A stretch of DNA of 64,000 bases from assembly GCF_001194135.2 (NCBI RefSeq), contig NC_069000.1:40689179-40753178 (forward strand). The letters are read 5' to 3'. Below are positions 26,512-39,105 of this stretch, piece by piece. Every line of letters begins with the position of its first letter. The stretch's first letter is position 1. The DNA comes from Octopus bimaculoides. Lineage: Eukaryota. A program made the position numbers and the translations under genes. Below the pieces are notes generated by a model. The model had not been told where the DNA came from and searched no databases. It saw nothing but the letters and a program-made list of their open reading frames with translations.

Positions 26512-26982
26512 TTAGAGGTCTTTAAGTGAGAAAGAAACTCCACAGGAACAACTTTGGTCTGCCTGTGGGTTTTTAGCAACAGTAAACGAGCTGCGAATTA
26601 ATTCTTCTACGTAGTCTATGGTGGAACCTTGCAAGAACGTTAGAGAATCGCTGTCGATGATGACTTTCACACCATCTTTCTCAAACACTTTGTCATCATT
26701 TTCGATGCTTTCAACAAGATCGAATTTGGTCTGGAATCCAGAACAACCGCCGCCTTCCACAGAAACACGTAATATAGAATCGTCACCGAGTTTTTTAAGT
26801 CTGCTAACACAGGAGTCAGTTATGATAACTGTATTTTCGTGGTCGTTCGATTTATTGAGTGTAACAGAGGCATCAGGCACAGAGGATTGAGCTAACCGCG
26901 AAGAGGATTTTAAAATGAACGAGGTTTGGTCAACTAAAGGCTTTACAATAAAACGACTCGCAGACTTGAGGAAGAGAGCCAT
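26512..26982 (-). CDS. ISCA2: Iron-sulfur cluster assembly 2 homolog, mitochondrial (A-type carrier), intronless CDS, 156 aa
   Basis: LRVSVEGGGCSGFQ, VFEKDGVKVIIDSDSL, ELIRSSF and NPQADQSCSCGVSF give the three Fe-S Cys ligands in the ISCA2-type context. The N-terminus is basic and Ser-rich, like a presequence. Start context aacaacATGG. Confidence 0.93.
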   Translation of the reverse strand: MALFLKSASRFIVKPLVDQTSFILKSSSRLAQSSVPDASVTLNKSNDHENTVIITDSCVSRLKKLGDDSILRVSVEGGGCSGFQTKFDLVESIENDDKVFEKDGVKVIIDSDSLTFLQGSTIDYVEELIRSSFTVAKNPQADQSCSCGVSFSLKDL

Positions 26983-27274
26983 GTTGTTTTGGTTGGGATA
27001 CTTATGTATTTTATGACAGAAGAGAGGTCAACAAGGGAATTAATTGACGAGCCGGTTAAAACGTTTAGTGGCTTTCTCCGACTCATTACGTTTTGAGTTC
27101 AAATAAAGCTGAAGCTTTCTTTATCGTTCATCCTTTCGGGGTCGATAAAATTAGTGCCTCCCTCAAAGATTATCACAATAAATTTGCATTTATGTCATGG
27201 TTTTAGGCACTGTCATGCTATTAGCATACATACACAGATTTGTCTCTCTCTCATATATATCATCATCACTATTC

Positions 27275-27580
27275 AACGTCCGCTTTCCATGCTAGCATGG
27301 GTTGGACGATTTGACTGGGGACTGGCGAACCAGATGGTTACACCAGACTCCAATCTGATCTGGCAGAGTTTCTACAGCTGGATGCCCTTCCTGACGCCAA
27401 CAACCACTCCGTGAGTGTAGTGGGTGCTTTTTACGTGCCACCTGCACAGGAGTCAGTCCAATGTTTTGTTCACATGCCACTAGCACGAGTACCAGTAAGG
27501 CAAAGCTGGAAACGATCGCGCTCAAATGGCAGTGATCACGCTCGGATGGTGCTGTTAGCGCTCCACTGGCACGGGTGCCA
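27275..27580 (-). mobile_element. RTE 3' end copy upstream of ISCA2
   Basis: Reverse complement of the same family sequence. Confidence 0.8.
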
Positions 27581-27893
27581 GTTATATATACATATATATA
27601 TATATANNNNNNNNNNNNNNNNNNNNNNNNNNNNNNNNNNNNNATATAGATATATATATATGGTGATGCAAAAGTAGGTATACAGTCAAGAAAAAAGATA
27701 ATACATACAATACTCATTTACTGTTTATCAAAAAAAGAAAGTTACAATTAAAGTAGTATTATAGTTATGTTAAATGACACTAAAAGTATCAAAATTGAGG
27801 CTAATTTAATGAGCTAATAATTTTAATGAATTATTATAACTGATGTGATACTTACTGTATACCTACTTTTGCACACCCTTGTACATATATATA

Positions 27894-27927
<34 letters not shown>

Positions 27928-28494
27928 TAAATATGTGTGTGTGTGTGTGTATTATATATGTATACATACGTACACACACGTGTATAAGCTTACTGTAATT
28001 TCCTAAGTTTGAACCAGAACAGTCTTCAAATAATAGGTATCATAGATATACATGCTTCAATGAAGATTTTTTATAACTTACTTTTTCTATAAGTAACGTG
28101 CATCTTTGTCATTCATATGTAATTCTGAACTTTAAACAAGAGCTGCCAACTATTTCTGTGGAGTGATCCAGACACTGAAAAGAATTTTTGTGTTCACTAT
28201 TCCTGTACACTTGCCACATACAAAGTCTTTATTCACTTTTAGTCTGCTTGAGATCCTGGTTTACTTTTTGTAAACCCATAGTTCATATAATGTACACCAT
28301 GATGAGATCCTACTATAGACTTTCAGTATAATATGCGCAGCCTTTTTCCTGATGGAAACATGCATTTGTCATCTTTACTTTTTGCAAAAAGTTTACTCTT
28401 GAGATCTCTAAACTTTAAGTTTTATTTCTTCATTTAGAATCTCTTCTTTAAGTTTTTCATAAGCTCTACAATAAGTAGGTCATCCTCATTGCTT

Positions 28495-29980
28495 AACATC
28501 TGCTTTCCATGCTGGCATGGATTGGATGGTTTGACATAGAGCTGTCCAGACTCCAACTGTCAGTTTTGACATGGCTTCTACAGCTGGATGCCCTTCCTAA
28601 CACCAACAACTTAATAGTGTGTTGGGTGCTTTTTATGTGCCATGGGTGCACATTAATGCAGCACTGGCACAGATACTTTTTAAGTGGCACCGGCACCTGA
28701 AAAGACAAGCCTGAACCTGTGGAAGACAGTGATTTCACTTAGCTTGACATGTCTTACCAAGTACAGCAAATCACGACCTCTCCTGGTCCTTTGTCATTTC
28801 CTCAGTGAGACCCAGCATCTGAAGATCCTTTCTCACCACTTTGTCCTACGTTTACCCCTTCCACAAGTACCCTCCATAATTAGAGCTCAGCATTTCTTTA
28901 TCCGGCTCTCTTCATCCATATGCATCACATGACCAAACCAGTGTCGTCTTCTCTCTTGCACACATCTGATGCCTCTTATGCCCAGATTTCCTAAATCATT
29001 TACACTCTGTCATGCATGCATACTGACATTATCCATCCAGCAGAGCATGCTAGCTTCATTTCTTTCAAGCTATCACAAGCCCTCTGTAGTCAAAACCTCA
29101 TGTTTCACTGCCATGTAGCATAGCTGTACATACACAGCCATCATACAATGCCTTTCACTCAGAGGGCAAGGCCCTTAGTTACCAACAAAAGTAAAAGCTC
29201 TCTTCACCCATCCCATTCTTATCCTAGCAACTACACTTTCCGATTTTCCTCCCCCACTGCTAACTTGGTCTCCTAGGTAACAGAAGCTACCGACTACTTC
29301 TAATAATCCACCTGAGCATTTGAGGGAGACTATTGTCTGCATATTTTTAGTGCTTATTGTACCAGCACATTTGCCCAGTATATAATAGTTCCAATTGGTA
29401 TCTGGTCTTAAACTCTTCTGTTGTAGCATGAAATACTGTAATAAATAAGAGGGGGATTGAAAAATCAAACCCTGATGAAAACCGACTGGCATGCTGAATT
29501 CCTCACAGAACTCTTTGCCAACTGCATTTCTGTACATGGCTTACACAGTTCTCACAAGTCATTCATATATACAGTTTTCTTAAAGACACCCTTTCCAGAC
29601 CACATATCAACTAATGCCTGACAGAGGCTTACTCTGAGCTAAAAACTTGTTAAAGTTAGCTCACTATGAATAGAACATCAATAGTACTTTGACTCAGTAC
29701 CATTTCCAAATTGCATCTCATCTAAATTGATTCTCTTAACTGTGCAAAATACTATTTCTGTAACTTGGTCCATTAGTTTGATGCTATTTTCTACAGTATC
29801 TCCTGTACCCTGTAGTTGATGATCATATTGCTAACCAATCCCTGATTGAGACAGCTCCCTGTATTACCTGGTTGACAATGCAAATGGTCAGCCTGAACCC
29901 TATTCCACCAGACATTTTCAGCATCTAAGCAACTGTATCTGTTTGATTTGTTGCTTTCCCCATCGTCTTACTCTTAATGG
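28495..29980 (-). mobile_element. RTE-clade LINE relic including its 3' UTR
   Basis: Minus-strand EVVGSFCYLGDQVSSGGG.SESVVARIRMGW and MLKMSGGIGFRL segments. They run into the same 3' sequence (…catcc…ccatgctagcatggaaag…) found as isolated copies elsewhere in the window. Confidence 0.75.
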
Positions 29981-32177
29981 CCATGATCAACTGGTACTTA
30001 TCTTATTGACCGACCATGAAAGGATGAAAGAAAAAGTCGACCTTGGCGTAGTTTGAACTCAGAGTATAAAGATGGACAAAATATCTAATGTAAGCATTTT
30101 GTCAAGTGTGTTTACGATTCTGCCAGTTCGCAGCCTTCAATAATTTTTTTTTTTTTTTAATCAGTTTAAAATACGGAGTCTGAATTTTTGGTTTAAACCC
30201 TAGGGGAGAAAGATATCGTAAAACATCAATACATCAGACTGACAAACAAATGAGGAGGGTATGAGGTGGTTATGAGATGTGCTAAAAATAACAGCTAAAT
30301 AGCCCTTAAATCACGCGGCAAAATTTTTTGTTTACGTTTTGCTTTTTATGTGAACGTTTGCATTCCAGTACATAGAATACAGATTCACAAAACTTTTCTG
30401 AAAATTCCTAAAAATAAAAAAGTTATATGAGATGCGTAAAGCAGAATTTCGCCAAATCTTTACAAGTATTATCATGCAACGTTTGTAAAGTACCTCCCTA
30501 TCCTCACCCACTCCAACAATCATTCGAGCTAAACTCCTATTTTAATGTGCGATTCAACCGAGAGTAAAATTTGTAGCTAAAAAATTAAGGAATCGACACA
30601 AAAAATGAAACGTATTAAAAACCTGGGAGTTGTGTACTTTATGTCCTTTAGTTGTATACTAACCTCATATAATGTATAAATTATTAGTGGAATTTTTTGG
30701 TATGTGATTAGCTGGTGTTTTTAGTACATCTCACGACCACCTGATATCTTCCTTGTTTCTTTGTCTGACATGTATTGATGTTTAATGAAATGATGATGCA
30801 CCTAACGGTAGTCTATTGCTAGGGCTTAAGCAAAAAATTCGGATTTGTAAGACTGGAATTTTTGATTTGGAGGGAGGGATAAGAATTTTTATTTTTTTAT
30901 TTTTTTATAATTGTAATGATTTCCGTGTGTCGAACACAAATTCGTAAACACTATCTGGAAATTCCCCAAAATAAAAAGAGTTCCGAAGCGTTACATGGGG
31001 TGCTTAAACCAGAATTCCATTTAACAGCAGCTGTTTTTGAATTCGAAGTAAAAAAATTTTAATTCTATTACAAGGAATACTATGCTTTGTATTATAAAAT
31101 TTTCAGAATATATATATATATATATTTAAGAGTAAACAAAAATATATTTCGTTGTTTGCCTTTCTGTATCAGACTTTTCTATTTCCTTATTTTTACTTTC
31201 AAAATGTTACTTCCAGTTAAAAAGCATGTTAAAATAAGAGTTCGTTTCATTTAGTTAATCGCTTATTCTGGTTCTTCGTTTCGAAACTAATATCCATCTT
31301 TCCAACAAGTACCGAAATCGTTTTACTTATGACAATTCATAATCAAGCGAATCGTAAAATCGAATTTTAATTTAAATATACCCTTATTTCTGACATTATT
31401 TCATCCACAAGCGTTAAAACTAAGAAATTCTATATAAATTATAACATTCGAAGGGCACTGTTTATAGGAATATAAACACATTCGGCGATCTTTCGATATA
31501 CCGTAATTTAGCCACACATTCTAATACCTCACCGCTGATACTTTAGTTCAGGACGAAAGCCAAAACTGACCTGGGAGGGAATGCAACTGAATAGCCACAA
31601 GTCGGAAATGTGTATAGAAATACAAGTTTTACATCTTATATTAAATAAAACATCCATAACAAATATCACGCAGAGACTAAGAGGAGGAAACCAAGTAAAT
31701 GCGGAGGAGAATTTGTAAGAACACCGTAATATACAACATTGCTTGAAACAACAAAAAATAATAAATGAAAAATCAAAGATAAAAATACATGTGGAAAAAA
31801 AATAGTCTACAAGACATTTATAACATTCAACAAATAATGACCGATTTATAATCCATCGTAAAGTCTCAAGTAAGAAAGTATTTTCCCCACAGCCATTTGA
31901 GCACGTGGATCTGGTTGTTAATTGTAAATGTTATCACTAGAAATTAAAGGAGTCAAGTAATTGTGGATTGTATTAAAATAGTGAAAATCAGAAGGCAAAT
32001 GTTAAGTGTATTATTAGCGTATCGTGGAATGATAGAAATATTCAGTTCATATTTTTCACGTCTTCTAACCACGATACACGCCATTTGAATTTTCACTACA
32101 TATAAATTACTCTTTCTGACAAAATGTTTAAACTGTAGGGTGTAAGATATATATATATATATACATATATATGGGTT

Positions 32178-32471
32178 TTAGTTTGTTTCTGGCTCTATGT
32201 CCAGAAGCCTAAGTCGCCGTGAAGTTTCACTGGCCACAATTAAGTTGGTGTTGTCCAAGGAATGCGATTCCTGGGAGATGGCTGCGTTATAACCATCTTT
32301 CGAGGTGAACTGAACAAAACCAAATCCACGACTCATACCAGTTTTTCGATTGAACATCACATTGCTATTACGAACGCCACCAAACTTGGAGAAGTAGTCT
32401 TTCAGTTGGTGTTTGCCCACAGTCCAAGGCAAATTGCCGACAAATAAACGTAAGTGCTTAACACTAGACAT
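32178..32471 (-). CDS. SLIRP: SLIRP-like single-RRM protein (SRA stem-loop-interacting RNA-binding protein), intronless CDS, 97 aa
   Basis: RNP2 LFVGNL followed by the SLIRP-typical PWTV, LKDYFSKFGGV, F..KTG, RNP1 RGFGFVQF and QESHSLD (human QENHIID). An in-frame stop lies two codons upstream of the ATG. Confidence 0.8.
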   Translation of the reverse strand: MSSVKHLRLFVGNLPWTVGKHQLKDYFSKFGGVRNSNVMFNRKTGMSRGFGFVQFTSKDGYNAAISQESHSLDNTNLIVASETSRRLRLLDIEPETN

Positions 32472-32578
32472 GTTTCAAGACCTTTTAACAAGTCCTTGAA
32501 AAGGTTACAAGCACCGGTTTCCTGAATTATTTCCCCTTTAGCAAAAAAGCTCGCATCATATTTCAGGCGGAGTAATTC

Positions 32579-32594
32579 ATTGGGCAATCATTGG
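32579..32594 (-). promoter_or_regulatory. Tandem CCAAT boxes upstream of SLIRP
   Basis: ATTGG at 32579-32583 and 32590-32594 (CCAAT on the minus strand, 11-nt spacing), about 110-120 nt upstream of the ATG. Confidence 0.45.
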
Positions 32595-34398
32595 TCAAAT
32601 TTTTATATTATGATTATCTTTATTTATGGGACCCGTAGAAATTCTACTGAACGTAAAAGATTAAGAGAAGCTTTGTAAGAAAGATAGGATGATTTGCATT
32701 CCTATTTTGCCAAGTTATTTCACTTCTAGTCACAATAATATATTATATGATTTTAAAATTTCACTCCTAAGCATATATTTCTCTTTCTCTCTACTTCTTC
32801 AACAAACTTTTTAACCATGTACTTCCCCTTCTCATATTTAACATTTCTCTCTTCTCTTCAGCTCTCACTTCCACTGACCACGAGTAACAGCATAATGCAT
32901 CGGCTGGCTATCTGCTCTCTCACTCACTCTCACTTTCCTCCTTCATATCTCTAACAAACTAAAGTGTAAAGTGGGAACGAACAGCTCGAAGAATTATGTT
33001 ATATATTTAGTTCAATAAAAAACAATACTTTTCACTATCAACAACCACTACCATCATCATCATCACTATAGTTTACAGTAACAAAGCTCATTTCATTTCA
33101 GTTCAGTTTAGCTGTTTACTTATATCTACTTTTTGTTGCTGTCAATGCATGTATCTCTCCTTTGACAATATAAACGCTATCTCTCTCCTTTTCTCTCAAT
33201 GTAACTGCTTCCCCTGTTCTTCTCTCTCTATCTGCCTTTCTTTAACTTCACCACCAGAACATCACCCTCTGCATAAATATTGTATCCTAAACATATCTCT
33301 CCCTCCTTTTTCTCTCAGCCATGCCATTTTTTTCACTTAGACAAGTGAAACTAGTGTCCACAGAAGCTTTAAGAAGGTCCACGAGTAAAAATGTGTAATT
33401 TGTGGGTCCGTGATACATAGTAAGGGGTCCATGAGAAAATGTTTTGAATATAAATAATATGTATAACAATAATATAGTAACTATATAATAATAATAATAA
33501 CAGTAAAAAAACGAATATGTAATATAAATAAATGCCACTTTCTTTACGATCACAGCGTATGACAGCTCTAGAGATGCACATATGTGTCACAATCCCCGCC
33601 AGTTTTCATGCTTTCATATGTCATTTATAACATTTTAATACACTGTAAATGTATTTTCATGTTCATGAACACATATGTTAAGCATTTATTAGCAATATTT
33701 TTGCAACATTGTCGAAACAAAGGATAATTAGGATCGGTAGGTAGTAATAGGAGTCTTTCTTTTCGCCCTTTCAAAGCCTAGCCAGGCTCATGGGCCCGGT
33801 TTCCCGGTTTCTATGGCGTATGTGCCCCACCCCCCAAAAAAAAACTGGACGGGACACCATCGCAGCATTACTCAAGAAACAGGAAGAAAGAGTGAGAGAA
33901 GAGAAAGTTGGAGCCTCGCTCAATAAACACACACAACGCCCGCGAGTCCGCTGCCCTAACCACTGGGTCATTGCGCCTCCACAGTAATAGGAGTACAAAA
34001 TGATAATAAAGTGTATAGTCAGCCGGCATTGGTGCTTCATTCTCTACCGCTATTCTGCTGACACTTCCTTTTGACATACGTAGTTCACTATTTCCAAGAT
34101 CAATATTATATGGAAAGTATTTATTTACCTGGTTCCCAGAGATCTAGCTTCCATCTCACGTTTTATTTCTCCAGCTGTTTTTGCACTAAAAAGTCTACCC
34201 TTTAGCTATAAAATGGAAAAGAAAATGGACAAATTAAATTAAAGAAAATTGAGTAATATAATATAAGGGTAACATAAAGAAGTTCTATTCTCAGCCATAT
34301 TATTATCATTATTATTACTACTACTACTACTACTATTGTTCGGGTAGGTTAGGTTATTTGGGATTAATAATATTTTCTTCAGATTATTTTACCCATGG

Positions 34399-34506
34399 AT
34401 CACGCAAAGAGAAAACATGGACAGAGGAGATCTTCATCTGGCTTTATCAAAATTGGAACCAGATATTCAAGCACTAGCATCAAAACATCAGACACAAGGA
34501 TCTCAT
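34399..34506 (+). mobile_element. hAT transposase extreme C-terminal relic
   Basis: ITQRENMDRGDLHLALSKLEPDIQALASKHQTQGSH resembles the RGDLRL...LEP.I..L...HQAQGSH end of invertebrate hAT transposases. ggggtccac/ggggtccat subterminal-like motifs occur nearby (about 33420 and 35150). Confidence 0.6.
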
Positions 34507-37090
34507 TTAGTTTCTAATGATATCCCTGTGCCTGATCTCATATGTTATCTAATGATATCAGTCTATTAACAATTGATCTTATTAGTTTCTCATTGATATC
34601 CTTGTAACTTGTAAGATTTTCAATAAATATATCATTCTAATGATTAAAAAATTATACAGTTCCATTTTTTTTAATGCTAATATCGTAATTGAAATTTTAT
34701 TTTATGATTTTTTTCTTATTGCATAAAATTTGTAAGATGTTTATAAAGAAATTTTTCGATGTAGTTTCAAAACAAGTTTTGTTTATTAGGAGAGGTAGCT
34801 GTATTGAAATTTTGAAGATTTGTGTTTGGAATTTATGTTATGAATATAACAAAATTGTTTTATTGTCAGTTTTTACTAACCTATGAATATTTTATTTCAA
34901 AAATTTACATGGTGTGTGTGTGTGTTTGTGTGTCTGTGTTTGTCCCCCCACCAACATCGCTTGACAGCCGATGCTGATGTGTTTACGTCCCCGTAACTTC
35001 GCGATTCGGCAAAAGAGACTGATAGAATAAGTACTAGGCTTACAAAGAATAAGTCCTGGGATAGATTTGCTCGACTAAAGGCGGTGCTCCAGCATGGTCG
35101 CAGTCAAAAGACTGAAACAAGTAAAGAAAAGAGAGTATGTGCATATACGGGGTCCACAGATGATTCTGAAGGGAAACCCTGGCTTCGACCATAAAACATT
35201 TAATTTGCCTTTCACTAATTTTAATGATAATATTACATAAAAAAGCCAGTTTTTATAGAATAAAACATTAAAGAGAAGTATTTAATCATGTTCTTATACA
35301 AGACACATAACTCTACTTTTCAATGGTTTGTGAAAAAAAAAAGAATGAGTTGAGCATCAAACACAAAATACCTGTAGAACTTGCAGTGATTTATTCTGCG
35401 TTTAAACCTACNNNNNNNNNNNNNNNNNNNNNNNNNNNNNNNNNNNNNNNNNNNNNNNNNNNNNNNNNNNCCTACTAATGTTGACTTGGCCTTCAAGCTT
35501 TCTAGGAGTAATTAAATAAGTGCCTAAGTACTGGACCAATTCAATCAATGTGAATGGAATTATATTAGAAAAATGCCAGCCAAAATACCTCGTTGGATTT
35601 AGCCATGTCCTTTTATATTCTGCTTTGCTTTTCATATATCTGGAGTTGATAAAAATGAAATACTAATTAAATTCTGCTGTTGATTTAATCGACTGCCCCC
35701 CCCCCCTCCAAAATATTTGTTGTCTTTCGTTGTTTCTAATTTAGGCACAAGGCCAGCATTTTAAAGGGGTGGTCAGTCGACTATACCAACCCCTGTACTT
35801 GATTGACACTTTACTTTTGTAGCGAGACCAATTTCTATTATGGCATATTGGAGTCAACTAGTCTTTTATAGGCTCCACACGTTAATCTGTAATGATTGGT
35901 CGTTTTGACCTATCATTTGAGTTTGAAACATTGGTTGTGTCTTGTACTTTGATTCAAGTATTGTGCGTCAAGTACACATTGTGTGTAATACATTCTAAAA
36001 CAACTAACCTGAATCTATTCTGGAGCCTATCTCTGTCTACATATTGAGTTAACAAGACATATAAAACAGAGGGGTGAAAGATTTTCATGAAGGGGAGTCA
36101 TGTTATTTTCCTGCCTTTTATAACGAAGCACCTGCAACCAACGACGGTCAGAGCTGAATTATCCAAACAATAGATAAACTGTACACCCACCACAATCCGT
36201 GATGTGTTTATTTTGTCCACCTTGTTATTCAGCAGAGGAATAAAGTCTCGCTGTTATTTTAAAGTTTGTTTCTTGTATTATTTCCACGAGTGAAGACGCA
36301 ACGCATGTTATCTAATGGTATGCAAGATTCCGTAGTAAATCAAGGGAGACTTTATACTTACACGCTAAACTTTTAACAACTCCGGAAGGATGAAATATAA
36401 ATTTGAGCTCCGTGGAAAATGAACTCAGAACGTAAAATCCAGATCAAATATAGCGTAGTATTTTGTGTGAGGCTCGAATGAGTCAATATACCAATTTGTT
36501 GTTGGCACTCCGTCGCTTACGACGTCGAGGTTTCCAGTTGATCCGATCAACGGAACAGCCTGCTCGTGAAATTAACGTGCAAGTGGCTGAGCACTCCACA
36601 GACACGTGCACCCTTAACGTAGTTCTTATTGACATTATTAAGAGAGTCACAATTCTGTGTCGCTTTTCTTTTACATTACTGAGACAGAGATGCAGGTTTG
36701 CAACTGAACAGAAAATGATACTTGTGATGGAGTCCCATATCTGCAGACCTTGGTTCTCGTAATCTCAGCTGAGAACCCCGTGTTCTAGTCGATAGACTGA
36801 CAGATAAATACTTTTAGTTAATTATCAAAGATATTACGTTACAAAGTGGAGGCGCAATGGTTCAGTGGTTATGGCAGCGGACTCGCGGTTTCGATTCCCA
36901 GACCCGGCGTTGTGAGTGTTTATTGAGCGAAAACACCTAAAGCTCCACGAGGCTCCGGCAGGGAAGTTGTTTTACACCTATTACACTAATTTTTTTTTCG
37001 TTTTTGAGCTCGGGTCAAACGTTTTAGTTTAACCCAATAAATTTTGATTTCAAAATCGAAATCAAAACGGAAATTATAGTTGTGGCTAAT

Positions 37091-37754
37091 GGTAGTGCCA
37101 CTGACTGGCTCTCATGCTGGTGGCACGCAATAAGCACTATTCATGCGTGAGTTGTCAGTGCCGCCTGACTGGCTCCCGTGCCGGTGGAACATAAAAAGGA
37201 CCCACTACACTCTCAGAGTGGTTAGTGTTTTAGAGGGAGAATTATAGTCATATGAAAAAAAAAAAAAAAAGCATATATATATCTTAATTTTAATTGTTTC
37301 GGTCATTGGACTGCAGCCATAACTGGGATACTGCCTTGAAGGTTTTACTCAAACGAATGAGCCTGGGTACATATTTTTGAGTGTGCTACTTATTTTAGCG
37401 GTATCTTATGTCAAACAGCTAGGCTACAGGGGTATAAGCAAACCATCATCAGTTGTCAAGCAGTGGAGAAGGACAAACACAGAGACACACATACACACAC
37501 ACATATACATAGTTACTCTGATGCTTCTGCTAAATGTTAATAAAATATACACACTCATATATATACTTGTGTTTTAAGTCCTATTTTTCTCATTTGCCTC
37601 ACCAAACCCGTGTGTTTGTGTGTGTATAATAAGATTCTACACAGTAGTTTCTATTTACCAAATCTACGGGAGCCAGTCAGGTGGCACTGACAACTCACGC
37701 ATGAATAGTGCTTATTGCGTGCCGCCAGCATGAGAGCCAGTCAGTGGCACTACC
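37091..37754. repeat. Inverted repeat, 89-bp arms (2 mismatches), 486-nt spacer
   Basis: 37091-37179 versus the reverse complement of 37666-37754. Confidence 0.9.
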
Positions 37755-37977
37755 AGTCTAAGGCTATAATAGAAGAGACTTGCTCAAGGCACCATGCAGA
37801 GAGACTAAACCTAGAAACACATGGTTGTAAAGTGTACTTCTTAGCCACACAGCCATGCCTGTTGAAAATGAAGAATACCACTTGTATTTTAAAATATATC
37901 TTTATTAAAAGATTATCTCACATTATTTCAGAATTATTCCACAGATGTCAGACATTCTTCATTTTAGTCACCAGTTC

Positions 37978-38118
37978 GACCCTGGTATTGCAGGCAGAGC
38001 AGTTGATGTCTTTCTTAACCACATCCCACATATAGTAATCCATGGGATTACATTCAAGGGAATTAGGTGACCGGAAATTGGGGGTGGTGAAGTTGTAGAA
38101 ATTCTCTGACAATCAGAG
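37978..38118 (-). mobile_element. Second fragment of the same mariner transposase (PNS..NPMDY segment)
   Basis: Diverged duplicate of about 38485-38625. Confidence 0.7.
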
Positions 38119-38220
38119 AAACACTGACCTAGAATATTAAATGCTAAAAAACCAAGTTATTCTTTTACTGTTTCAGCCATTATACTGTGCTCATGCTGGG
38201 TCGCTACCTTCAAGGATATA

Positions 38221-39105
38221 CAGGGTGTTCAGGCTAAATTTGACAGTTTGCATAAAAGGTAAAGAAAACATATCTCATTCGAAAATAAAAGTATTTTAAA
38301 AAGTCAAAAAGATCAATCACAAAGATCTATCAACTAGATTATGGCTGGGAGATAACAGTTTATTCAAAGTAACAACTCTCAGCTTCTACCATGGCCTCAA
38401 GATGGCTCTGGAGGCTTATACATGCATTCCTCATTGTGTCTCTGGGAAGATCTTTGAATACACCTTCATTTTAGCCATCAGCTTGACCTTGGTATTGCAG
38501 GCAGAATAGTTGGTGTATTTCTTAACCACATCCCACATATTGTAGTCCATGGGATTACATTCAGGGGAATTAGGTGGCCAGAAATTGGCAGTGGTGGAGT
38601 TGTAGAAATTCTCTGACAATCAGAGGCATGGCAAAGAGCTGAATTCTGCTGTCACATATGTGACCTTCAAGCAGCAACCCTCTCCAGCCAGAGTTTGACC
38701 ACAGTTTTCAGCAGCTTCACATAGCTGTCTGAATTGAACCCAAGGCCTAGTTCAAAGATGTGAGGTGGCATGGTATCATCATCACTGGAAACACACTTAA
38801 TGATTAAGGCAGTTTGGGAGAATTTAGTTTTCATGATGTCCATGTCAAGTCTTACAGCCGTTACAGTGTTCACAAAGCATGGAACAACAGTTGTGATGCT
38901 GGCATTTTGATACCCAGTGCAAATCATCGTGATACAGGTAACTCTTTTCCAATATCCTGATGGCTTTTACTCCTCCGAGTCAGCTAACTTTTTCTTGACT
39001 TCAGTCTTTATGCTTTCCAATGCTGCTGTCTATTCACCAATACATCAAACTGTACCTGCAAAAAGGAGACATAAAAAAATCATGAAATTTAGCCCAAACA
39101 CCCTA
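38221..39105 (-). mobile_element. Decayed, internally deleted Tc1/mariner transposon (DD37D/maT-like)
   Basis: TIR-like ends cagggtgttcaggctaaatttg (after TA) and aaatttagcccaaacaccct. Minus-strand transposase relics MPPHIFELGL...VVKLWLERVAA, QQNSALCH and FWPPNSPECNPMDY carry stops and frameshifts. Confidence 0.85.

Noticed and set aside
32402-32587. Overlapping upstream ORF regulating SLIRP
   Set aside because: It begins at a TTG inside the CCAAT-box region, probably upstream of the transcription start, and has no ATG start.
36848-36963. tRNA-like sequence with A/B boxes (also at 52620-52716 and 33900-33980)
   Set aside because: These are SINE heads that continue into SINE body sequence and cannot fold into a full cloverleaf.
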